From Octopus vulgaris (taxonomy: Eukaryota), in the NCBI GenBank assembly GCA_951406725.2, contig OX597827.1:68014001-68078000 (forward strand): DNA of 64,000 nt. The letters run 5' to 3'. Both the position numbers and the translations under genes were made by a program. Each line of letters starts with the position of its first letter. Positions within the stretch are counted from its first letter, which is position 1. Below the pieces are notes generated by a model that was given only the letters and a program-made list of their open reading frames with translations, made no database searches and was not told where the DNA came from. This document shows positions 11,274 to 24,959 of the stretch, piece after piece.

Positions 11274-12499
11274 CTGTTTGTGTGTGTGTGTGTATATTTA
11301 GGTATGTATATATACATGTGTGTATGTATATACATATATATATACATACACACACACAAATATATACAAATACAAATATATGCATATAATATGTATGTGT
11401 GTGTGTATGTGTGTGTTTGTATATATGTGTGTGTGCATGTATATATATATTTATGTATGTGAGAGTGTGTATATATATATACACACACACACATATACAC
11501 ACTCACACACTCACACACACACGCAATTATATATATGTCTATATATATATGCATATGCATGTGTCTGTGTGTGTATATACATATATGTATGTAGAGAGAG
11601 AGAGAGTGAGAGAGAGAGAGAGAGAGAGAGAAACACATGTATATACGCACACAAATGTATATACACAGAAACATCCACAAATAAGAATATGTGTGTGTGT
11701 GTGTGTGTATGTGTATGTGCGTGTGTATGTGTATGTGCGTGTATGTATAGATATAATATGGATGTATGTGCATGTGTGTATGTATGTTTGTATGCGTGTA
11801 TGCATGCGTACACTCACTCATGATCTATGCAGCCATTGTTGCCTCCACCCACACACTGGTCTCAACCAACTGAAATCCGTGTCAATAGCACAACTCCTTT
11901 CATCGACCTCAACAGATGTATTGTGCACACTGTTATGCACACCTGCATGCATGTTTACACACACAATCACACACACACACACACACACACATGTGTGCGC
12001 ACACAAATGCACAATTTATGAATGCGAGCGACAAGAGAGACTGTACTTCGTAGCCTGCTTCGCTAGAAATAGCAGTCAAATCTCAGGGTTTCTTCTATTT
12101 TTCCCATCTACCAAATCCATGCAGACGACTTTGGCTGGCCCTGGGGCTATAGAAGAAGATGCTTGCCCAATGTACCACACAAGAATTTAACCCAAAACCC
12201 AGAACCACATGGTTTGGGAGTAAACTTCTTACCACATAGCTATGCCGGTACCTTTACGGAGTAAGAGAGAGAAGCTAAGCCTGAAGTGTGGAGGAGATGA
12301 TGAGCAGGGATATGACCACCTCTGCTAACTCACTAATGGAAGGGTTTTACAGTTCAGGGTTGAAACACCTAACGATTGTTGGATACTATCTGATGGTAAC
12401 CATTCCTGTTGGTGAAAGCGCTATTCTGTCTGGTGAGTGGTAAAGAAACACCTTCTAAGTGTTATCAATAACATATATATATGTGTGTGTGTGTATATA

Positions 12500-12615
<116 letters not shown>

Positions 12616-12723
12616 CTGCCAGATCTGACTGGCCTGGTGCAGCCTTCGGGCTCCCCAGACCCCAGTTGAACCGTCCAACCCATGCTAGCATGGAAAACGG
12701 ACGCTAAATGATGATGATGATGA

Positions 12724-12775
<52 letters not shown>

Positions 12776-12903
12776 GTATGTATATGTATATGTATATATA
12801 TATATATATACACACACATACATGTATATATACATATATATACATACATATTATGATTATACACACACATATATATTCATATATATATATATACACATAT
12901 ATA

Positions 12904-12964
<61 letters not shown>

Positions 12965-13160
12965 ATATACTTACTTACATATAATGAGTACACACACATA
13001 CATACACATATGTATGTATACATACATACATACTATATATACATATATATACATATGTATATATGTATATATATGTATCATCATCATCATCATCATCGTT
13101 TAAAGCGGACGTTAAACGATGATGATGATGATACATATATATACATATATACATATATAC

Positions 13161-13192
<32 letters not shown>

Positions 13193-13526
13193 ATATATAC
13201 ACACACATATATACATGCACAAACAAGCACAGATATATGTATGTTTATCTATCTATCTAATTACCACCAAATTTGCATAACTGACCCTCCCACTGTATCA
13301 ATAGCCATGTCTCATACATCTCTTAATCCTTTTCTTTGTCTTTTTCTTCTCCTTCTTTTCATATTTTGATTGTCATGTTTCTCCAATATTTTCTCTATAT
13401 TTTTCTGTACCATTTCCAACATTTTCAGTATATATATTGTTATTTATTTCTATAATATATTTTCTATCCTCACTAAATTTCCCTATTTTCTCCATTATTT
13501 TTGTGTAATTCCATTTCATCATATTC

Positions 13527-13953
13527 TCTTTTACTCTTTTACTTGTTTCAGTCATTTGACTGCAGCCATGCTGGAGCACCGCCTTTAGTCGAGCAAATCG
13601 ACCCCGGGACTTATTCTTTGTAAGCCCAGTACTTATTCTATCCGTCTCTTTTGCCGAACCGCTAAGTAACGGGGACGTAAACACACCAGCATCGGTTGTC
13701 AAGCAATGCTAGGGGGACAAACACAGACACACAAACATACACACACACACACACACTTATATATATATATATATATATATACATATATACGACAGGCTTC
13801 TTTCAGTTTCCGTCTACCAAGTCCACTCACAAGGCATTGGTCGGCCCGGGGCTATAGCAGAAGACACTTGCCTAAGATGCCACACAGTGGGTCTGAACCC
13901 GGAACCATGTGGTTGGTTAGCAAGCTACTTACCACACAGCCACTCCTGCGCCT
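13527..13953 (-). mobile_element. SINE family A, full length
   Basis: Minus: ggcgcaggagtggctgtgtggtaag head, B-box ggttcagaccc, internal (TA)/(TG), agtaaaag tail. Confidence 0.92.
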
Positions 13954-14169
13954 ATATCTCTGACTTTCATCACAGTTGCTTCCAGCCTCTGACCATTCCT
14001 CTAAATCAGCTTCCTTGATGCTGAGATTTTTCCCTCCTTCTTCCTCTGATACATTTTAATTGTCTTGTCATATATTTTTAATCTCGATACTTAACTGTTT
14101 TAATTCCTAGTATTCTTAACTATTATTTTTTTGTAAGGCAGCAAGCTGGCTGAATCATTAGTGTGCTGG

Positions 14170-14342
14170 ACATTATTTACATTTGATGGATATTTGTCCT
14201 CTCCTATTTGTTGTTAACACAACGTTTCGACTGATATACCCTCCAGCCTTCATCAGGTGTCTTGGGGGATTTCGAACCTGGGATATTTTTCAAACCTAAG
14301 ATATTTTTCGATGTTATTATCATCATTATTATTATTATAATT

Positions 14343-14439
<97 letters not shown>

Positions 14440-14510
14440 TCACTGCCTGGAATCGATCTCGGAATCTTGAGGGTAGTAGCCTGCGCTCTTAACCACCACA
14501 CCATATGCCC
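14170..14510 (-). mobile_element. tRNA-headed SINE-like element with internal (TAA)n and a 3' hammerhead motif
   Basis: Head gggcatatggtgtggtggttaagagcgcagg...gagatcgattccaggc (A/B-box-like), then (TAA)n, then the hammerhead module. Confidence 0.7.
14216..14261 (-). ncRNA. Minimal type-I hammerhead ribozyme motif
   Basis: gacac-CTGATGA-a-ggctg-gagggtatat-cagtc-GAAAC-G-TT-gtgtt. Confidence 0.75.
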
Positions 14511-14585
14511 ACGAGTATATAATAATAATAATGAAAACATCAAAAAATACCTAGGAATGAGAACACAAGTTCAAAATTTCCCCAA

Positions 14586-14631
14586 GATACCTGATGAAGG
14601 CTGGAGGGTATATCAGCCGAAACATTGTGTT
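14586..14631 (+). ncRNA. Minimal type-I hammerhead motif in an inverted copy of the tail module (14535-14690)
   Basis: gatac-CTGATGA-a-ggctg-gagggtatat-cagcc-GAAAC-A-TT-gtgtt; stem III G>A change. Confidence 0.65.
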
Positions 14632-14715
14632 AACAATTAACAAGATGAGGACAAATATCCGTCAAATGTAAATAATGTAAATAATGAACATTTGTACTAT
14701 TCTATACTTTATAAG

Positions 14716-15046
14716 GAACCTGGCGCAATGGTTAGAACTTTGGGCTCACAATCATGAGGTAGTGAGTTCAATTCCCACACTGGGCTGTGTGCTGTGTCCT
14801 TGAGCAAGACACTTTATTTCATGTTGATCCAGTTTCCTGAGCTGTAGAAATGAATTGCGACATCACTGGTTCCAAGTTGTGTCGACCCCCTTTGCCTTAA
14901 CCTTGGGCAACATCGGTGGCAGGTGAGGTTCTCAAGTAGTGGTGGGACATATAGATGCACACTGCTGGTCTTCCATGAACCTTACCTGGAATTGTGCCTC
15001 AGATGAGAACCTTTCTAGGTGCAATCCCATGGTCATTCATGACCGA
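14716..15046 (+). mobile_element. tRNA-derived SINE with CCTTGAGCAAG core (related to family C)
   Basis: tggcgcaatggttag A-box, gagttcaattcc B-box; a related minus copy lies at 58710-59010. Confidence 0.7.
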
Positions 15047-15320
15047 AGAGCACAAACATAGCTGGGACGGAGGCAGTAGGGGCAGTCCACCTTGAACGGA
15101 ACTTCTAAAGGGGCACCACCTTTGGGTCTACTGTAGGTAGTATGTGCTTTTGTGTGGTGTCCGGGGGTGGAAAATGGAAGGGCCGACCCAGGTGCGCACA
15201 CTCTAGCTAGTGTCGAAGGGGGTTTCTTACCCTTTACCCTTTTAATAAACATTAATGAACTACTGAAAACTTTCTTAGTATTTTATGTTTTATAAAACAT
15301 GCAAATGTTTTGATATATAT

Positions 15321-15720
15321 GAGTGGCTGTGTGGTAAGTAGCTTGCTTACCAACCACATGGTTCCGGGTTCAATCCCACTGATTGGCATCTTGGGCAAGT
15401 GTCTTCTACTATAGCCTCGGGCCGACCAAAGCCTTGTGAGTGGATTTGGTAGACGGAAACTGAAAGAAACCTGTCGTATATATGTATATATATATATGTG
15501 TATGTGTATGTTTGTGTGTCTGTGTTTGTCTCCCCAACATCGCTTGACAACCGATGCTGGTGTGTTTACATCACCGTCACTTAGCGGTTCGGCAAAAAAA
15601 CCCGATAGAATAAGTACTGGGCTTACAAAGAATAAGTCCTGGGGTCGATTTGCTCGACTAAAGGCGGTGCTCCAGCATGGCCGCAGTCAAATGACTGAAA
15701 CAAGTAAAAGAGTAAAGAGA
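15321..15720 (+). mobile_element. SINE family A, near full length
   Basis: Matches family consensus seen across copies. Confidence 0.92.
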
Positions 15721-16094
15721 GTATATACTGTGCCTTTGGCATCAGATCAAATTACAATAGGTTATTACTCAAGATTAGAATCCTGGGTCCTGCTTTCCCA
15801 TTCTGTTGCAGATAAACTCACTCAACTGGGGAGAAACCATGTAGGCGGTGAGCTGGCGGAAACATTAGCACACCAGGTGAAATGCTGAACGGTATTTCGT
15901 CTGCCTATAGGTTCTGAGTTCAAATTCCGCCGAGGCCGACTTTGCCTTATCACACACACACACACACACACATGTATGAATGTACTTATATCGATTAAAG
16001 CTGTTCGTGTTTCTACTACTCTGTCTTCTATCTATCTATCTATCTATCTACCTACCTACCTATCTATCTATCTATCAATCAATCTATCTATCTA

Positions 16095-16136
<42 letters not shown>

Positions 16137-16329
16137 GGTGCCCCAGCATGGCCACAGCTCGTGAGCTGAAACTAGAATCAATCAATCAATATATATATAT
16201 ATATAACCCTCCTCCTTCTTCCCTTCTTTGCTGAGCGTCCAATAATACTATATTTGTTCCACGTCCTCGCGTTGTGTTTTTTTGTGTTTTTTTGTGGGTT
16301 TTTTTCTGTGTTTTCTTGTTTGGATTAAC

Positions 16330-16373
<44 letters not shown>

Positions 16374-16700
16374 TATATCTATCTATCAATCTATTCATCT
16401 ATCTATCTATCTATCTACCTACCTACCTACATACCTACCTACCTACCTACCTACCTATCTATCTATCTACCTACCTACCTACATACCTACCTACCTACCT
16501 ATCTATCTATCTACCTTCCTACCTACCTACCTATCTATCTATCTATCTATCTACCAATCTATTTACCTACCTCTTTTTCCTAATTGCCTGACTCCATATC
16601 TACCTCACTATCTGTTTCAACCTCTACACACATGCATACACACTCACATACCTGCACATGTGATGTAAATGTCCTTCTCTTTTGCAACACACACACATAT

Positions 16701-16779
<79 letters not shown>

Positions 16780-17138
16780 AGAGAATCGGAATGCAAAAAG
16801 TGTGTTACTGGACCAATAACTAGAAATTTATGTCTACTTAGTCCACACATTATCCATAATTGAATGGACTAATTACTTTGAGGAGACATACTCTTCGTCT
16901 TCCTTGTACTAAAGTACCTACACATTACATGGTTTTCTTTCTTTTTTTTATGTTATTTGTTGTATGCCACCTGCTACCTATGATTCTATACGTGCATTGA
17001 GATTTTCTTGTATACACACATACACACACAAAGATATATGAATGTGTGTGTGTGTGAGCACGCACATACGTGTATGTGCCTGTGTGTGAGTATTTTGATA
17101 GATATTGTTATAGATACAAAGACACAGACATATGTGTG

Positions 17139-17955
17139 GTGCAGGAGTGGCAATGTGGTAAGTAGCTTGCTTACCAACCACATGCTTCTGTGTTCAGTCC
17201 CACTGCGTGGTACCTTGGGCAAGTGTCTTCTACTTAGCCTAGGGCCAACCAAAGCCTTGTGAGTGGATTTGATAGATGGAAATTGAAAGAAGCCAGTCGT
17301 ATATATGTATATATATATATATTCAAAATGTGACCTTGTGTGTACCGTTGGCGATTTTTTTTCCTCCGTCTTCCCTTCTTTGGATCTTTCCTTTTCCTAT
17401 GTTTCTAACGAAGAGCTCCGCTCGAAACGTTAAACCCTCTTTCTTCCCTTCCTTCCTGAGCGTCCAATAATACTATACTTGTTCCACGTCCTCGCGTTGT
17501 TGTGTTTTCATGTTTGGATTAACTATATATATATGTACGTGTGTGTATATGCTTGTGTGTCTGTGTTTGTCCCCCCAACATCGCTTGACAACCGATGGTG
17601 GTGTGCTTATATCCCGTAAATTAGCGGTTTGGCAAAAGAGACCAATAGAATAAGTACTACGCTTACAAAGAATAAGTCCTGGGGTTGATTTACTCGACTA
17701 AAGGCAGTGCTCCAGCCTGGCCGCAGTCAAAGATGTTGGGGTGACAAACACAGACACACAAACATATACACACACGTACATATATATACATATATACGAC
17801 GGGCTTCTTTCAGTTTCCGTCTATCAAATCCACTCACAAGGCTTTGGTCGGCCCGAGGCTATAGTAGAAGACACTTGCCCAAGATGCCACGCAGCGGGAC
17901 TGAACCCAATACCATGTGGTTGGTAAGCAAGCTACTTACCACACAGCCACTCCCA
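17139..17955. mobile_element. Two SINE family A copies (+ then -), the first interrupted by a PLE-type repeat
   Basis: Plus copy 17139-17730 with insert 17322-17525; minus 5' half 17733-17955. Confidence 0.85.
17322..17525 (+). mobile_element. ~210-bp PLE-type short repeat with hammerhead-like motif
   Basis: Copies at 16205-16335, 32858-33075, 35050-35270(-), 61350-61470; gttt-C(C/T)(G/A)ACGA-a-gagc-tcc-gctc-GAAACGTT-aaac; all end in (TA)n. Confidence 0.7.
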
Positions 17956-17989
17956 CACCTATGAGGGAATCTATTTTTCAGTGTGTCAA

Positions 17990-19383
17990 CTTCTTTCTAT
18001 TTTTCTGTCTTTATGTCTTGCATGTATGTATACATGTGTGTTTGTGTGTGTGTGTGTGTATTTTTCTGTTTTCTGCATCTGAGTATGTATGTGTGTATGC
18101 ATGTGTGTGTATGTGTGGTGTGTGTGTATGCGTGTGTGTGTATGTATGTGTGTATGCGCGTGTGTGTGCCTATGTGTATATGCATGTGTGTGTGTGTATG
18201 AGTAGTTTATCTATTTTCTGCACTTGAGTGTGTGTGTGTATGTGTGTATGCGTGTGTGTATGTGTGTGTGAATGCGTGTGTGAGTGTATGTATGTGTGTG
18301 AGTGTTTTTTATCTATTTTTTGCATCTGAGTGTGTGTATGTATGTATGTATGTATGTGTGTATGCGTGTGTGTATGTGTGTGTGTGAATGCGTGTGTGAG
18401 TGTATGTGTGTGTGTGAGTGTATTTTATCTATTTTTTGCATCTGAGTGTGTGTATGTATGTATGTATGTATGTGTGTATGCGTGTGTGTGTATGCGTGTG
18501 TGTGTATGTGTTTATGTATGCGTGTGTGTGTGCATGTATGTGCGTGTATGTATGTATGTGCGTGTATGTACGTGTGGACATGTGTGTGTGTGTGTGTGTG
18601 TGAGTGTTTTATCTATTTTCTGCATCTGAATGTGTGCGTGTGCGTGTACGTATGTGTGTATGCGCCTGTGTATGTATGTGCATGCGTGAGCGTGAGTGTA
18701 TGTCTATATATGTCTCTATGGCAGTGTGTGTGCATGTGTCTGTGCATGTGTGAGTGTCTGTTTTATCTATTTATCTATTTTGTGTGTGTGTGTGTGCGCG
18801 CGTGAGTGTGTGTGTGTGTGTCTGTCCATGCATCTATGTTAGTCTATGTATGTGTGAGTGTGTATTTTATCTATTTATGTCTTTTCTGTATGTGTTTGTG
18901 TGTGTGTGTGTGTGTATGTGTATGCGTGAATGTGTTTTTTATCTATTCAACTAATTTCTGTATATGTGTGTGCATATATGTATATGTATGTGCGTGTGGG
19001 GTTGTGTGTGTGTGTATGTGTGTGCGTGCATGAGCGTATATGTGTCTACTCATGTCTCTATGGCAGTGTGAACACGTGTGTGTGTCTGTGCATGAGTGAG
19101 TGCGTTTTTATCTATCATCTGTATGTATGTACGCCTGCATGTATGTATGTATGTTTGTACGTACGTACGTATGTATGTATGTATGTATGTATGTATGCAT
19201 GTATGTATGAATGTATGTATGTATTCCTTATATGTATGTATGTATATATGTATGTATGTATGTATTATGTATTTATGTATGTGTATATGCATGCCTGTAT
19301 GTATATATGTATTATGTATGTATATATGTATGTATGTATGCTTGTATGTATGTATTATGTATGTATGTATGTATGCCTGTATG

Positions 19384-19415
<32 letters not shown>

Positions 19416-19574
19416 TGCCTGTATGTATGTATTATATATGTATGTGTATATGTATGCCTGTATGATGGATGGATGGATGGATGGATGGATGGATGCCTGT
19501 ATGTATGTATGTATGTATGTATGTATGTATGTATGTATGTATGTATGTATGTATGTATGTATGTATGTATATGC

Positions 19575-19618
<44 letters not shown>

Positions 19619-19620
19619 AT
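17990..19620. repeat. Long degenerate (TG)/(TGTA)/(GGAT)/(GA) tract with higher-order units
   Basis: Recurring gagtg..ttttatctatttt..gcatctgag spacer. Confidence 0.9.
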
Positions 19621-19692
19621 GCATGTGAGTTTATCTCCATCCATCCATCTATCCATCCATCAGAGGTTTTTTTTTTCTTCCATCTCTCTCAG

Positions 19693-19854
19693 CTGACACT
19701 TTAGCTACTCTCATGCCTGATCAGTGAGCTGTGAAGGATATTTAGATGTGTCACTATCATCTGCATCATATTCAGTTACATAGCTGTCATGCATGAACGA
19801 CCTTTCACCTGACCTTAAGCTACCCTACTTGCTATATATAATAGCTAGAGCCAA
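19693..19854 (+). other. Candidate non-coding exon (162 bp)
   Basis: Acceptor ttttttttttcttccatctctctcAG, donor caa|GTAAGT; stops in all three frames. Confidence 0.45.
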
Positions 19855-19934
19855 GTAAGTCACTCATGTTGATATGAAAATTTAAGTCAGGGGCACTAAA
19901 ACACACACACACATCACACACCATACACACACAC

Positions 19935-20158
19935 TTTTATTCTTTTTTTTTTTACTTGTTTCAGTCATTTGACTGCGGTCATGCTGGAGCACCGCCTTCA
20001 GTCGAGCAAATCGACCCCAGGACTTATTCTTTGTAAGCCTAGTTAGTACTTATTCTATGGGTCTTTTTTGCCGAACCGCTAAGTTACGGGGGACGTAAAC
20101 ACACCAGCATCGGTTGTCAAGTGATGTTGGGGGGGGACAAACACAGACACACAAACAT

Positions 20159-20235
<77 letters not shown>

Positions 20236-20765
20236 CGACGGACTACTTTCAGTTTGCGTCTATCAATCCATTCACAAGGCTTTCGTCGCCCAAGGTGTCA
20301 TACAGTGGGACTGAACCCGGAACCATGTGGTTCGTAAGCAAGCTACTTACCACACATCCACTCTTGCACCTGTAACATATACATATATACATATATATTC
20401 TTTTATTCTTTTACTTGTTTCAGTCATTTGCTTGTGGCCATGCTGGAGCACCGCCTTATAGTCGGGAGCAAATCGCCCCCCACCCGGGACTTATTGTTTG
20501 TAAGCGTAGTAGTTATTCTATCGGTCACTTTTGGCGGACTGCTAAGTTACGGGGACGTAAATGCACCAACATCGGTGTCAAGCAATGGTGGGTGGGGGAC
20601 AAATACAGAGACACAAATACATACATATATGTTTTTCCTTCTACTAAATTCACTCACAAGGCTTTTGTCGGCCCGCGGCTTTAGTAGAAGACATTTGCCC
20701 AAGATACCATAGTGGGAGAACCTGGTTGGGAAGCAAGCTTCTTACCACACAGCCACTCCTGCACA
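19935..20765 (-). mobile_element. Two adjacent SINE family A copies with internal deletions
   Basis: 19935-20370 and 20398-20765. Confidence 0.85.
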
Positions 20766-20998
20766 TATATATGTATATGTGTGTGTGTGTGTGTGTTTAT
20801 GTATGTATGTGTATATATATATAAATACACACACATATACGCGCACACACATATATCTTTTATCTTTTTTAATGTATATATATCTTATCTATATATTTGG
20901 TCCTCCTGAGACACTTGTCCAAGGTACCACGCAGTGGGTTTGAACCCGGAACTATTTAGTTAGAAAGCAAACTTCTTAATGTCTGCCATGCTTGCTAG

Positions 20999-21230
20999 AA
21001 GGCGGCGAGCTGGCAGAAACGTTAGCGCGCCGGGCGAAATGCTTAGCGGTATTTCGTCTGTCGTTACGTTCTGAGTTCAAATTCCGCCGAGGTCGACTTT
21101 GCCTTTCATCCTTTCGGGTTCGATAAATAAAGTACCAGTTTCGCTCTGGGGTCGATGTAATCGACTTAATCCCTTTGTCTGACCTTGTTTGTCCTCTCTA
21201 TGTTTAGCCCCTTGTGGGTAGTAAAGAAAT
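20999..21230 (+). mobile_element. SINE family B (central gcctttcatcctttcggg.tcgataaa domain, Meta-SINE-like)
   Basis: aaggcggcgagctggcagaaacgttagc head, gagttcaaattcc B-box; further copies at 21523(-), 36895, 37607, 57955(-), 60045, 63380(-). Confidence 0.88.
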
Positions 21231-22483
21231 ATATATATAGATTGCTAGCCTCAACACATTCCTTATTTTCTTTTCTTGTTTCTTTCTGTGGAAGAACGTA
21301 GGCTCGAAACGTTAAAGACTTTTTTTTTAGCACACCGCGTTGTGTTCCTGAGCAAAACACTTCATTTCACGTTGCTCCAGTCCTCTCAGCTGGCAAAAGT
21401 GAGTAACGCTGCGATGGACTGGCGTCCCGTCCAACTGGGGAACACACACGCTATTGAAACTGGGAAACCGGGCCCATGAGCCTGGATAGGTTTTAAAAAG
21501 GGCACATTTATTTTATTTTTATAAAGGATGAAAGGCAAAGTCGACCTTGGAGGAATTTGAACTCAGCACTTCGCGACAGACGAAATACCGCAAAGGATTT
21601 CGCCCGGCGTGCTAACGGTTCTGCCAACTCGCCGCCTTATTAATAATAATCATAATAAAAATGGATGGCGCTAGTCATCGACTATGATTGTTTATCCTTT
21701 TACCACATTCTTTAGCTCTTTAATGTTCTAATCATTTACATGTGTTCTCAATTACGTAACTGTCTATGTATCATGTGGACGGCTTCCAAGACAAATTTTA
21801 TCGACAAATATTTCTCCTGCTCCATGCCAACAAGTGTACAATGAAGTACACTTTACGTAACAATTCGTACATTTTGGTAGGTTAGAAAGAGAGAGACAAA
21901 GAAAGGCAGAGAGAGACACGGGGAGAGACAGAGAGACAGAGGCAGAGACAGAGACAAAGAAAGACAAAGAGACAGAGAGAGAGAGAGAGAGACAGAGAAA
22001 CAGAGAAGGAGGTCGTATTCCAAGGAAGAGACCTAAGAACTTTTAACCTTTTATTTTTTACTTGTTTCAGTCATTAAACTGCGGCCATGCTGGGGCACTG
22101 CCTTGAAGAATTTTTAGTGGAATGAATCGACCCCAGTATATTTTTTTTTAAATCCTGCTATTTATTCTGTTGATTTCTTTTGCCGAACTGCTAAGTTATG
22201 GGGACGTAAACACAGTAACACTGGCAGTCAAGCAGCAGCAAAGGACAAACTCAAACGTAAAGACATACACTTAGATGTAAAAGGCCCTTGTGTTGGTGAC
22301 ATCTTAAAGGCACCTGTGCCAGTGACACATAAAAGGCACTCATGCAGGTGATACATAAAAGGCATCTGTGATGGTGGCACATAAAAGGCACCCATTTGGT
22401 GACAGGTAAAAGGTACCCATGATGGTAAAAGAGTTTATATAATACAGATTAATACAGATATATTAAATATATATATATATATA

Positions 22484-22780
22484 TCACCGTGATCACCGTG
22501 ACCGACCGGACTATCAGATGTTGCTACACATCGCTGGTCACAATGCGCTTCGCATTGTTTTAGCCTTCAAAAGACGCCACCCCGCTGGCTAAGCGAGCAG
22601 GCCAACAGAAGAAAGAGTGAGAGAAAGTTGTGGCGAAAGAGTACAGCGGGGATCGCCACCACCCCCTGCCGGAGCCTCATGGAGCTTTAGGTGTTTTTGC
22701 TCAATAAACACTCACAACGCCCGGTCTGGGAATCGAAACCGCGATCCTACTGCCCTAACCACTGGACCATTGCACCTCCA
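22484..22780 (-). mobile_element. SINE family C head with an alternative tail
   Basis: Head as 36278; tail ends tcacggtgatcacggtgat. Confidence 0.8.
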
Positions 22781-22793
22781 CATATATATATAT

Positions 22794-23310
22794 AGGCGCA
22801 GGAGTGGCTGTGTGGTAAGTAGCTTGTTTACCAACCACATGGTTCTGGGTTCAGTCCCACTGCGTGGCACCTTGGGCAAGTGTCTTCTACTATAGCCTCG
22901 GGCCGACCAAAGTCTTGTGAGTGGATATGGTAGATGGAAACTGAAAGAAGCCCGTTGTATATATGTATATATATATATATGTGTGTGTGTGTGTTTGTGT
23001 GTCTGTGTTTGTCCCCCTAGCACTGCTTGACAACCGATGCTGGTGTGTTTATGTCCCCGTCACTTAGCGGTTCAGCAAAAGAGACCGATAGAATAAGTAC
23101 TGGGCTTACAAAAGAATAAGTCCCAGGGTCGAGTTGCTCGATTAAAGTACGGCTGCAGTCAAATGACTGAAACAAGTAAAAGAGTATATAAGAGACCTAT
23201 AGAATAAGTACTAAGTTTGCAAAGAATAAGTTCTGGGATCAATTTGTTTGACTAAAGGCAGTGCTCCAGCATGGCCGCAGTCAGATGACTAAAACAAATA
23301 AAAGAGTACA
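22794..23310 (+). mobile_element. SINE family A, full length, plus duplicated tail
   Basis: Consensus match; second tail 23190-23310. Confidence 0.9.
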
Positions 23311-23827
23311 AAAGTATATTTATGTAGGACAATATCTGCTGAGGAAATGTTGGCAGGAAAAGAATATCAAGAGGGAAGCAGGTCAGGGGAGGTAAGTCAG
23401 AACTAGGCAAGACACAGAGTGTGGGGTTGTATGGAAAGAGATCCAGAAGGAGGAAGATGGAAAGCAGATAGAGAGATAAAGATGAAGAGGGTGGGGTGAG
23501 GAGGGGGAGGAGAAAAAAAAAATGAATATTATAGATAGGAAATGGGAGAGAAGGGGAGGAGAAGTATTCAGAATGGAAGGTGGAAAAATTGGATGGAAGG
23601 GCATTTAAATATATACATATACATGCATAGGTATTACACATTTATTATATATATTATATACTATATATATATCATGTGTGTGTGTATAAATATATATATA
23701 CATATATACACATGCATTTGTGTATGAATATATGTATATATATATATGAACATGTATGTGTGTGTGTCTATATATGTATACACACATATACATATATATA
23801 AATATGTGTGTGTCTATATATATATAG

Positions 23828-23870
<43 letters not shown>

Positions 23871-24737
23871 CATAAATACCCACATATCCACATATTTACA
23901 TGCAAATATATCTACACACACATTGTGTGTGTGTATATATATGAATGTATGTATGTGTGTGTATGTATGTATATATAAAATATGTGTATGTATGTATGTA
24001 TATATAAAATATACAAAGGCAAACAGAGGGAGAGGGGACAGTAGATAGATAGATAGATAAAATAGGGGCTGCCCCTTGTATCGTTTATGAGGTGTAACTA
24101 TCTTGTGGACATGATGATGATATATATTGCATGTGTGACAGATGATATTATGCTCCAGAAAGGAAATTCAGTCATCTTCATCATCATCATCGTCATCGTT
24201 GTCATCATCATCATCATCATCGTCGTCGTCGTTGTCGTCGTCATCCTCATCGTCATTATTGTCATCATCACCATCATCATCATCACCTTGATTCTAGTCA
24301 CCAATATCACCTTCATAATCATTGTCATTCATCACCATTATCATGAAGATCATCACCATCATCATCATCATCATCTCTCTGATTGTAATCATCATCATTT
24401 TCATAGTCATCATCACTAACATCACCAGCACCACCATTCCCATCTTCATCGTCGTCATCATCATCATAATTGTCTACAATATCCTCTTCTCAGTGCTGGC
24501 ATGAGTCAGAAAGCGTTTATGGAGGGCTGTCATTTTGTGCCTGGATGCTGTGTCAAGCCACCAGCCTCAACCATTGTTTACTGATGATGCCCATTCAGAA
24601 AAAAATAAACATGTCTACAACTGTCCCCTTATCTTCTGTCAATAAACCTGTCCAGTTTCTTAATGGCATGTCACCTTAGAAGTGTTCTTGATTCTTGAGA
24701 TCATCTCCCTTTTTCTGTGGAGCTGGTCTTTTCTTAA

Positions 24738-24959
24738 CCCTTTCAATACCAACCTGGTTGAAACTGCCACTGGCTCTGTAGTACAAATGTCTTGTTTTCA
24801 TAAGTTTTGAATTAAAATCTTCCACCAAACCTTAGTCACAATTTATGTTCCTAACACTAGCTGAATGATAACTAAGTTATTTTACTAAATTCTTTGTTAT
24901 ATTTAAAATTAATTGAAAGAAAGACAGAGCATCTCAACAAAAATATGGTAACAAAAGGG
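24738..24959. mobile_element. piggyBac-type MITE (222 bp)
   Basis: TTAA at 24734-24737 and 24960-24963; termini CCCTTT...AAAGGG with ..tacca/tggta.. subterminal match. Confidence 0.85.

Noticed and set aside
14436-14510. tRNA gene (also heads at 22794, 36278 and others)
   Set aside because: No proper acceptor stem or terminator; continuous with SINE bodies
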